NCBI GenBank assembly: GCA_963766075.1
Contig: CAVYAN010000017.1
Coordinates: 32,001-96,000 of the forward strand
DNA: 64,000 bases
From: an uncultured cyanobacterium
GTDB lineage: Bacteria > Cyanobacteriota > Cyanobacteriia > Leptolyngbyales > Leptolyngbyaceae
Direction of reading: 5' to 3'
Shown here one piece after another: positions 56,333 to 64,000 of the stretch. The notes under the pieces are model-generated. The model was not told the origin of the DNA and ran no database searches. It was given only the letters and a program-made list of their open reading frames with translations. Numbering within the stretch: position 1 is the first letter of the stretch; each line of letters opens with the position of its first letter. The translations under genes and the position numbers were made by a program.

Positions 56333-56824
56333 TTAATAGTAAATCTTGCCGCCGCCCCACTTGTCGCCCACAATCTTGGGCTGAAGCAGAACATGGCCCG
56401 CGATCGCCACCAGATCTTCCTTGGTCAGATTTTTCATTTCCGGGAAAGTGTCCTTGCTCTTGAGGCTGGGATGCACTTCAGCGATTGAGATTTCACCGTC
56501 ATAGCTGGTGGGGTCTTGCATGTAATCCACCAGGGCGGCGATGTTATTGCGCGGTGGCGTCGCTAAGGACAGCGATTCGGGATCTAAACCCACGTTCGGG
56601 TCGGTTTTGGTGACCCCCCCCGCGTGGCATTGCGCACAGGCATACTGGAATAAGCGCTTGCCTTCTTTAACTTGTTTCAGGTTGAGAGTAATGGTCGCGC
56701 CATCGGCGGTACTGGGGACGGTGCGGATGGTAGCGTCCAGTTCAGCAGCGGTCACGCTGCCCACAAATGTCTGAAACGCGAAGAATACAGTGGCTACTGC
56801 CAGCCAAATGTATCTTTTAAGCAT
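56333..56824 (-). CDS. psbV: Photosystem II cytochrome c550
   Basis: CAQCH, PTSYDG, EVHPS, KWGGGKIYY. Confidence 0.97.
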   Translation of the reverse strand: MLKRYIWLAVATVFFAFQTFVGSVTAAELDATIRTVPSTADGATITLNLKQVKEGKRLFQYACAQCHAGGVTKTDPNVGLDPESLSLATPPRNNIAALVDYMQDPTSYDGEISIAEVHPSLKSKDTFPEMKNLTKEDLVAIAGHVLLQPKIVGDKWGGGKIYY

Positions 56825-57152
56825 GGTTCTCCTTCGTGTGGCTCAGTAGGGGATTGTTAATAATGACGGGGGAGACTCAACCCGGTTTTTCTAATCCGGC
56901 TTTTCTAAAAACTTGGTTTAAAAAACCATTGGGATATTCACCCCAGCAGATTGAGTCGGTTCAATATGAATATCATGCCATTGCGCGGTCCCTTTCCCAA
57001 GCAGAAGCCGGGAGATTCATGGGCGGGGGATAATAAATTTTGTGCCTTGGTCCAGGGCGTGTGAGATACCTGGTGAGCACAGAACGACCGCAGAATGGCG
57101 GCGGCTATCCTGCGGCTTCTATGAGCCCCGTCGAGATCCCGTGGGTAGGGGG

Positions 57153-58106
57153 CTATTGAGCGTCGGGGGCGATCGCCGAAAAGGGTCGTGCGGCCAGATG
57201 ATGATTGGCGGGATGATCGGCGGGACTCAGGCGGGCGGGCAGCGTCGCGGGCCGATGCAGTCGAATTAGTTTAGCTAGGGTGGCTTTCAATTCCGTGCGG
57301 GGGATAATTTCATCAACGAAGCCGTGGGCTAGAGAGTATTCAGCCGTTTGAAAGTCATTGGGGAGTTTTTCCCGCACGGTTTGTTCAATCACGCGCCGCC
57401 CCGTGAACCCAATGGTGGCCTTGGGCTCTGCCAAAATCAGGTCGCCCAGCATGGCAAAGCTGGCAATCACCCCACCCGTGGTGGGATGGGTGAGGATGGG
57501 AATGTACAGCAAGCGGTGATCGCGATGGCGTTCTAGCGCGGCGGAAATTTTCGCCATTTGCATCAAGCTCAGCATGCCCTCCTGCATTCTGGCTCCCCCG
57601 GAGGCGCAGACGATGAAGACGGGTAAGCGTTCGCGGGTGCCCCGTTCGATCAGGCGGGTCAGTTTTTCACCCACGACGGACCCCATACTACCGCCCATGA
57701 AGCGGAAGTCCATGACCCCAAAGGCGACGGGTAAACCTTCGATTTGTCCGATACCCGTTTGGACCGCATCTAAGATTTTCAGTTTGTCTTGGGTTTCCCG
57801 CAGGCGATCGCTGTAGGCTTTTCGATCTTTGAACTGGAGGGGGTCGGTGGCATGGAGAGTTTCGTCCATGGGGAGCCAGGTGTTGGCGTCGATCACCTGG
57901 CGGATCCGCTCGTGGCTATCGACCCGAATATGGTGGCCACATTCCGGACATACCATTTGGTTAGCGCGGAGGTCCTTGGTATAGGTCAGGGCGCTACACT
58001 CGCCGCACTTGGACCAGAGGCCATCGGCAATTTCCCGCTCTTGTTGATCTTTGCTGATTGGATCTGTGTTTTTCTGGCGGTTAGCGAACCAATCAAATAA
58101 AGACAT
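57153..58106 (-). CDS. accD: Acetyl-CoA carboxylase carboxyltransferase beta
   Basis: MSLFDWF, C4 zinc finger, [16 protein letters not shown]. Confidence 0.97.
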   Translation of the reverse strand: MSLFDWFANRQKNTDPISKDQQEREIADGLWSKCGECSALTYTKDLRANQMVCPECGHHIRVDSHERIRQVIDANTWLPMDETLHATDPLQFKDRKAYSDRLRETQDKLKILDAVQTGIGQIEGLPVAFGVMDFRFMGGSMGSVVGEKLTRLIERGTRERLPVFIVCASGGARMQEGMLSLMQMAKISAALERHRDHRLLYIPILTHPTTGGVIASFAMLGDLILAEPKATIGFTGRRVIEQTVREKLPNDFQTAEYSLAHGFVDEIIPRTELKATLAKLIRLHRPATLPARLSPADHPANHHLAARPFSAIAPDAQ

Positions 58107-58398
58107 GGCGGTAGGGGCCTAGCGAAGTGCTGAATGATTATATCAAGTTCCTCTGGACACTTTTCTGGCCGTCTTACTTTGGCCATGATCCAGGGATCGC
58201 TATGATTTTGGCAGAGGGGAGGGCCGGGGAGCAGACGGCAGAGGGATGGAGGGGGGCGTTATAATAAATTTACGTAAAGAGTGGTAAAGAGTGGTCCGCC
58301 TCAAGTTGTCAAATTGATTGGCGTTTTCAACCGCGCCGCGCGATCGCCTCCTCTCAAGTTCACATCCCTCATACCTTCCCTTAAGATTTATATCCAAC

Positions 58399-59874
58399 AT
58401 GATCTTGCTATCCCCTACCCTCCTGCCCACTCTATCCGCGTTTCCGACCTACACCACCCGCACCACGACCCTCGATGCATCCTGGTCATCCCCCCTGTCC
58501 ACTCTGCTGGGTTTGGGGCGCGCCGCCGGGGCGGATTTTGTTGAATTTTTTCTAGAGCGCGTCAACTACATCAGCGCCATGGCCGAGCAGGATGCCATCA
58601 CCAGCATTTCACCCCGCCTATCAACGGGCGCGGGCATTCGCGTGTTTCGTGGCGCTGTAGACTGCTATGTCAGCACCAATGACTTGACCTTTACCGGTTT
58701 GAAAGCCGCCTTAGAAAAGGCGCTGTCCATCCTGGGCTTGCACTTGCCTTCTGCTGTTTCCTATATTCCGGAAATCAATCTGGAACCCCTCCGGGACTAC
58801 GCCAGTCTGCGCGGTAAAGAATCCTGGCTCAGCGAGTCCAGTCCCATGCAGGAAATGGGCGATGTCCTCCTCAGCGCCAATGCACAACTGGCCAAACAGG
58901 CCACCCACATTCAATCCCGCAAGGCAATCTATTTTCGCGATTGGCAAGAAGTGTTGGTCGCCGCCAGTGACGGCACCTTTGCCCGGGACATTCGCCTCAC
59001 CCAGTCCGTGGGCTTTAGCCTGCTGTGCGCCGACGGCGAACATCGGTCTTCCATTGGCCAGCGGGAAGGTAACACCGGCGATCCGAGCTTCCTACGCAAT
59101 TGGAACGCTGAAAAAACCGCTGCTGACCTCGCCGAGTCGGCGGGCAAAATGCTGTACGCCGATTATGTGGAGTCGGGCAACTATCCCATTGTGATGGCCA
59201 ACAAATTTGGCGGGGTGATTTTCCACGAAGCCTGCGGCCATTTGCTGGAAACAACCCAAATCGAAAAACGGACGACGCCGTTTATGGAGAAGAAAGGCGA
59301 AAAAATCGCCAACGAGAATTTGACTGCTTGGGATGAAGGGCTGACCAGCGATGCCTTCGGCACCATTGATATGGACGATGAAGGCATGCCCGCCCAACGC
59401 ACGCTGTTGATTGAAAATGGCATTTTGAAGAATTTCATTAGCGATCGCGCCGGTTTTGTGCGCACGGGCCATCCCCGCACGGGCAGTGGCCGTCGCCAAA
59501 ACTACACCTATGCCGCCGCCTCGCGGATGCGGAATACCTACATTGCCCCCGGCAATTTCTCCCTGGATGATATCTTCGCCTCCATCGACAAAGGCATTTA
59601 CTGCAAGAAAATGGGGGGTGGCAGTGTCGGAGCCACAGGCCAGTTCAACTTCTCGGTTGATGAAGCCTACTTAATCGAAAAGGGCAAAGTCACCAAGCCT
59701 CTGAAGGGAGCCACCTTGATCGGCGATGCCCAGGAAATCATGAACAAAATTTCTATGTGTTCCCAGGACTTGGATCTCGCCGCTGGATTCTGTGGCTCCG
59801 TCAGCGGCAGCGTTTACGTCACCGTGGGCCAGCCCCACCTGAAGGTGGATGGCATTACGGTCGGTGGACGCTAG
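58399..59874 (+). CDS. tldD: TldD metalloprotease
   Basis: HEACGH, DDEG, RMRNTY, CGSVSG..VGQPHL. Confidence 0.93.
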   Translation: MILLSPTLLPTLSAFPTYTTRTTTLDASWSSPLSTLLGLGRAAGADFVEFFLERVNYISAMAEQDAITSISPRLSTGAGIRVFRGAVDCYVSTNDLTFTGLKAALEKALSILGLHLPSAVSYIPEINLEPLRDYASLRGKESWLSESSPMQEMGDVLLSANAQLAKQATHIQSRKAIYFRDWQEVLVAASDGTFARDIRLTQSVGFSLLCADGEHRSSIGQREGNTGDPSFLRNWNAEKTAADLAESAGKMLYADYVESGNYPIVMANKFGGVIFHEACGHLLETTQIEKRTTPFMEKKGEKIANENLTAWDEGLTSDAFGTIDMDDEGMPAQRTLLIENGILKNFISDRAGFVRTGHPRTGSGRRQNYTYAAASRMRNTYIAPGNFSLDDIFASIDKGIYCKKMGGGSVGATGQFNFSVDEAYLIEKGKVTKPLKGATLIGDAQEIMNKISMCSQDLDLAAGFCGSVSGSVYVTVGQPHLKVDGITVGGR

Positions 59875-60076
59875 GCAATCGCGGCCTACTCCTATAGCCA
59901 ACAAAATGCAAAATCCTTCACCATCAGCCTGTTGCGGGCTGTGCATCGGTGTTCTATGAGTGCCGTCATGTACTGGCCGTCAATCTTAGCGCAAGCAACT
60001 TAGCACAGCCAACTGAGTGCGACCCAAAATCCAAAATCCTCTAGCAAAGCGGCACTTAGCGCTATCTAAAACTCCT

Positions 60077-61417
60077 ATGACTAGCATCACTGAATTAGCC
60101 ACACAGGTTCAATCCGCTGCAACGCGTCTCAATGTCAAAAAATATGACATTTATGGGGCGACTATTGATGAAACGACCGCCAAAGTAGACCAGGGTAAGC
60201 CCGACCAAGTCAAAGCCTCTAATCGTTCCAGTGTCACTGTCCGGGTCTGGAATGATCACAACACGATGGGTATTACTTCGACCACCGATGTCGATCCCAT
60301 TGGCCTGGAGCTTGCCTTAAAAACCGCTTACGAAGCCAGTTTCTTTGGCGTGAAGGAAAATGTGCCGGACTTTAGCCCTGCGGCCACAGATCCCCTAGCC
60401 CAGGAACTCCATGCAAAAGCCCCGCAAGCGCCTGTGTCTGTGCTGTTGGAGAAGCTGATCGCGGCGGAACAGGCATTGCTCAACGCGCACCCCGCGATCG
60501 CCTCTGTTCCCTACAACGGCATTGCCCAGCGGGATGTGGATCATTTTTACCTCAATAGTGCAGGCTCTCTGCGGGTAGAAGCCTCTTCCACCGCTTCGCT
60601 GTATCTATACACCAAAACCGAGGAAGCCGACAGAAAGCCCCGCAGTGCTGGAGCCTTCCGCGTGAGTCGCGGCCTAGAAGCCCTCGACATTGCCGGGTGC
60701 TTACAGGAATCGGCTGAAAAAACCATCAGCCACCTCAATTACGAAAAAATTACGACTGGAAAGTATCGCGTGGTGTTCTCTCCGGAAGCCTTTCTGAGTT
60801 TGCTGGGGGCGTTCTCGAATATGTTCAATGCCCAGAGCATTTTGGATAATCAGAGTTTGTCTACGGTGGATTCTTTAGGAGAGGCGATCGCATCCCCTCT
60901 CCTCTCCGTGGCCGACGATGCTCTGCACCCTAGCAATATTGGCATTACCACCTTTGATGGCGAAGGCACCCCCACCGGACGGGTTTCCCTGATCACTGAA
61001 GGCGTGCTGACCCACTTCTTGCACAGTGCGGGCACCGCCAAACGCCTGAACACACAGCCCACGGGACATGCCAATATGGGAGCCAAGGTCACCGTCAGCC
61101 CCCATTTCTACCATGTCTTTCCGGGACAAGCCCCAACGGCAACCTACAGCCTAGAAAACGCGGAAAATGTAGTGCTAATCGACGATTTGCAAGCACTCCA
61201 CGCAGGGGTGCAGGCCCTGCAAGGATCGTTTTCCCTGCCCTTTGATGGTTGGTTGGTCAATAAGGGCAAACGCACCAGCATTGAATCCGCTACGGTGGCG
61301 GGCGATTTCCGTGAGGTGTTGAAGTCAATTATCTACGTTGAACCAGAGGCCCATCTCACTCCGGGCGGTATTTGTCCCTATGTGTGGATTAATGAATTGT
61401 CCATTACGGGTGAATAA
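60077..61417 (+). CDS. pmbA: PmbA/TldE
   Basis: FDGEG, TGHA, GSFSL, TVAG; lacks HExxxH; follows tldD. Confidence 0.9.
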   Translation: MTSITELATQVQSAATRLNVKKYDIYGATIDETTAKVDQGKPDQVKASNRSSVTVRVWNDHNTMGITSTTDVDPIGLELALKTAYEASFFGVKENVPDFSPAATDPLAQELHAKAPQAPVSVLLEKLIAAEQALLNAHPAIASVPYNGIAQRDVDHFYLNSAGSLRVEASSTASLYLYTKTEEADRKPRSAGAFRVSRGLEALDIAGCLQESAEKTISHLNYEKITTGKYRVVFSPEAFLSLLGAFSNMFNAQSILDNQSLSTVDSLGEAIASPLLSVADDALHPSNIGITTFDGEGTPTGRVSLITEGVLTHFLHSAGTAKRLNTQPTGHANMGAKVTVSPHFYHVFPGQAPTATYSLENAENVVLIDDLQALHAGVQALQGSFSLPFDGWLVNKGKRTSIESATVAGDFREVLKSIIYVEPEAHLTPGGICPYVWINELSITGE

Positions 61418-61445
61418 GGCGATTTCCGACAAATAATATCCCTGC

Positions 61446-61535
61446 TGCTGGCTGAGCGGAGCCGAAGCCAGCAAGAGATTGCTCCCTTCGACTTCGCTCA
61501 GGGAGCGATTTTTCGCGGGCTGAGCAGAGCCGTAG
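61446..61535. repeat. Cluster of small dispersed hairpin repeats
   Basis: Two inverted full copies plus a degenerate third (GCTGAGCAGAGCCGTAG). Confidence 0.85.
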
Positions 61536-61599
61536 TTCACTTCCCGCAGGGTAGCCAGCGGGTATACTATTGGTCGAAAACTATTGGTCGAAAATCGCC

Positions 61600-62511
61600 C
61601 TAGACTTCGGCTTGGCGTTGATCGACTTGCAATTGATCAATCAATTGAGTCAGTTCTCGAGAGTCTGCGTGGTAAACATTGCCGCAAAATTCACAAATCG
61701 CTTCGGCCCCATTGTCCTCGATAATCATGCTGGACAGTTCGTCAATGCTGAATAACCGAAGAGCGCTGAGGGCACGTTCGCGGGAACAATGGCAGTGAAA
61801 TCGCAGCAACTGGACCTCTGGCATGATCTGCAAATCGAGATCACCCAGTAGATTGATAAAAATGTCTGTCAGAGAGTTGCCCGCTTTGAGCAAAGCCGTA
61901 AACCCTGACAGAGAAGCGATGCGGGATTCTAACAGAGCCACCAAGGGCTCATTATTAGCCGCTTGGGGCAGAATTTGAATCAGCAATCCGCCCGCTGCAG
62001 TAACGCCGCTAGTGTCGATAAACTCGCCCAAAATCAACGCCGAAGGCGTTTGTTCGGAAGTAGCCAGATAGTGGGCAATATCCTCGCCAATTTCTCCCGA
62101 CACAATTTCTACCGTGCTGGAATAGGGATAGCCATAGCCCACATCCCGCACGACGTAGACATAGCCCTCGCGACCCACGGCCGTGCCAACATCTAACCTG
62201 CCGTCGCGATTCGGCAGTAGTTCCAAGGCAGGATGGCCGACATAACCGCGCACACTGCCGTCGAGCCCCGCATCCACCATGACTCCAGCGAGTGGACCAT
62301 CGCCCTTCATCCGCAGGTTAACCCGCGATTGCGATCGCTTCATGTTGGATGCCAGCAGCAGGCCCGCTGTCATGGTGCGTCCCAGGGCGGCGGTGGCCAC
62401 ATAGGAAAGCTGGTGACGTTGGCGGGCTTCCTCTGTGAGGCGGGTGGTGATGGCACCCACGACCCGAATCCCGCCATTGGCGGCGGTTGCCCGAATTAAC
62501 TGGTCTGCCAT
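61600..62511 (-). CDS. hslO: Hsp33 redox-regulated chaperone
   Basis: MADQLIRATA, SGEIGED, SEQTPS, CHCS..CEFC. Confidence 0.96.
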   Translation of the reverse strand: MADQLIRATAANGGIRVVGAITTRLTEEARQRHQLSYVATAALGRTMTAGLLLASNMKRSQSRVNLRMKGDGPLAGVMVDAGLDGSVRGYVGHPALELLPNRDGRLDVGTAVGREGYVYVVRDVGYGYPYSSTVEIVSGEIGEDIAHYLATSEQTPSALILGEFIDTSGVTAAGGLLIQILPQAANNEPLVALLESRIASLSGFTALLKAGNSLTDIFINLLGDLDLQIMPEVQLLRFHCHCSRERALSALRLFSIDELSSMIIEDNGAEAICEFCGNVYHADSRELTQLIDQLQVDQRQAEV

Positions 62512-62625
62512 GCCCTAGTCCTAACGTTTCTTTACAATTTTTTCTATTCTACAGGGCAGGGGTGAGCGGTAGGAGAATTTGTCCCGGGGGCATCGGGAAT
62601 GATGGGGTGCGAAAGCGATCGCGGC

Positions 62626-62919
62626 CTATAGATTCGGTCTGGGCAGAATCCGCAGAAACTTAACCAGTTGCCCGGTGATTTCTAGCCCGATCAGGTATTG
62701 ATCAAGGGTGAAGCGGTAGAAAATACTATTCGCGCTGAGCTGCTGGAATTCCGGCAGATCGTGCAGGGGATGAACGCTATAGAAATCCTCGAAAATGAAG
62801 CGGAGCACTTGGTGGCGGGCATCGGCCTCCAACCCTTCAATGTCCAGCAAAAAGGATCGGGCGTAGCGGACTTCTAAGCCGGCAGGAATGCGAGTTTTGG
62901 GACAGGGCAGGGATGGCAT
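62626..62919 (-). CDS. RelE/ParE-fold protein (degenerate)
   Basis: VRYARSFLLDI..., FYRFTLDQYLIG, VKFLRILPR follow the RelE layout; start uncertain. Confidence 0.6.
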   Translation of the reverse strand: MPSLPCPKTRIPAGLEVRYARSFLLDIEGLEADARHQVLRFIFEDFYSVHPLHDLPEFQQLSANSIFYRFTLDQYLIGLEITGQLVKFLRILPRPNL

Positions 62920-62946
62920 GGCAATCGGGCAAAGGAATCGAGGGCA

Positions 62947-63144
62947 CTAAAGCAGAGAAAGGAACCGGAGGGCTTCATCCCGGGTCAGGGTATCGCCGGG
63001 ATTGCGCAATCGCTGACCCTCCTGAATGGCTTGCAAGAGATAGAAGTTGTAGTAAATATCAGTCAGAACGGTTCCGAGGCTTTTCAGTTCCTCTTCGGGC
63101 AGTTGATCAATCAAACGGTGGAGACGATTTCTCAGAAAATCCAT
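62947..63144 (-). CDS. Small antitoxin-like protein
   Basis: 65 aa, LHRLIDQLPEEEL...GDTLTRDEAL; directly upstream of the RelE-like gene. Confidence 0.6.
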   Translation of the reverse strand: MDFLRNRLHRLIDQLPEEELKSLGTVLTDIYYNFYLLQAIQEGQRLRNPGDTLTRDEALRFLSLL

Positions 63145-63210
63145 CGGCGGTTCTCCCAGGGATGTACGCAGCCCAGATAGCTCACACAAGCTAGGGTTCC
63201 CAGAATTTTA

Positions 63211-63278
63211 TCGGAGACGACTGTCTGTCGGAGATGACTGGCTGTTGGAGATGGCTGGCTGTCGGAGATAACGGGCTG
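63211..63278. repeat. 17-bp tandem repeat x4 (TCGGAGATGACTGGCTG-like)
   Basis: Directly visible degenerate units. Confidence 0.85.
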
Positions 63279-63416
63279 GAGTCTGGAGAATCTCGCTACA
63301 GTCAGAAGCCCCCAGGTGGGGTAGGATGCAGGAGCTGAAGAAGAATTAAAAATTAAAAATGGGGAACCCGTGGGGGGAGGCATTTTTAATTGTTATGACA
63401 ATGGATTGCAGTTGGC

Positions 63417-64000
63417 ATGTTTAACGTTGATTACCTGATTTTTACGGCGATCTATGCGCTATTTAGCCTGGGATTAAACCTGCAATGGGGGTTTACGGGG
63501 CTGATTAATTTTGGGCATGGGGCATTTATGGCGGTGGGGGCCTACACCACGGTTTTACTGAGTATTCGAGGGGTGCCTCTGGGGTTGGCCGCGCTGGCGG
63601 GGGGAGCGATCGCAGCGGGTTTAGGGTTGTTGATTGGTCTGAGCACCCTGCGCCTGCGGGAGGACTATCTTTCGATTGTGACGGTGGGTGTTGCGGAGGT
63701 GGTTCGGTTAATTGCCTCGAATGAAGAATGGCTAACCCAAGGCACCTTTGGCATTCAAAGGTTTCCTTTGCCCCTCGAAGCCTTTCGTCCGACACTGTTT
63801 AGCAAGCTGGTGATGGTGGCAATTGTGTCGGGGATTGTGGGCATTGTCTACTGGCGGCTGGGCCAATGGTTGCGGCAGCGGATTCAAGCCGGTCCGGGTC
63901 TGTTTCGGGATCTGCGGTTGGGCTGTGCGATCGCCTTTGCGGGGTTGGGGCTGTGGCTCTATGGAGTATGCGTGGTGGCATTGCTCAATTTCACCGAGAA
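63417..64000 (+). CDS. Branched-chain/neutral amino acid ABC permease (LivM/NatC-like), partial
   Basis: Read manually: LGLNLQWGFTGLINFGHGAFMAVGAY...LRLREDYLSIVT; open to the window end. Confidence 0.88.
   Translation, partial: MFNVDYLIFTAIYALFSLGLNLQWGFTGLINFGHGAFMAVGAYTTVLLSIRGVPLGLAALAGGAIAAGLGLLIGLSTLRLREDYLSIVTVGVAEVVRLIASNEEWLTQGTFGIQRFPLPLEAFRPTLFSKLVMVAIVSGIVGIVYWRLGQWLRQRIQAGPGLFRDLRLGCAIAFAGLGLWLYGVCVVALLNFTE

Noticed and set aside
58399..61417. TldD/PmbA as part of a RiPP cluster
   Set aside because: No precursor peptide or modifying enzymes nearby; the pair is a widespread housekeeping protease
63191..63278. Guanidine-I (ykkC) riboswitch suggested by CTAGGGTTCC
   Set aside because: The downstream conserved elements are absent; what follows is a 17-bp tandem repeat

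Overview
Core-genome segment of a cyanobacterium, judged from dense HIP1 octamers (GCGATCGC) and the presence of psbV/psbV2/petE, ycf39, nblR, ntcB and a group-2 sigma factor. About 55 CDSs are supported, mostly housekeeping: carB, tsaB, csaB, yebC, herA-like, xdhAB, pirin/LysR, sucCD, sbcD, NAD kinase, a phosphohexomutase, NfeD-SPFH, gamma-tocopherol methyltransferase, tenA, ktrB, pgl, slt, accD, tldD/pmbA and hslO. I found no tRNA, rRNA, CRISPR array, transposase or prophage. Seven genes carry 1-2 nt frameshifts, most likely uncorrected long-read errors. The most unusual signals are: (1) a two-hairpin RNA candidate with its own promoter upstream of an EamA transporter; (2) small dispersed hairpin elements with a constant 16-nt core and variable, self-complementary stems, found between convergent genes; (3) a MOSC + alkyltransferase-like (ATL) fusion; (4) an in-frame DUF2499-DUF3593 fusion; (5) an apparently disarmed RelE-like/antitoxin pair; (6) frequent 12-18 bp tandem duplications at gene boundaries. 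All family assignments come from motif recognition by eye; no searches were run.
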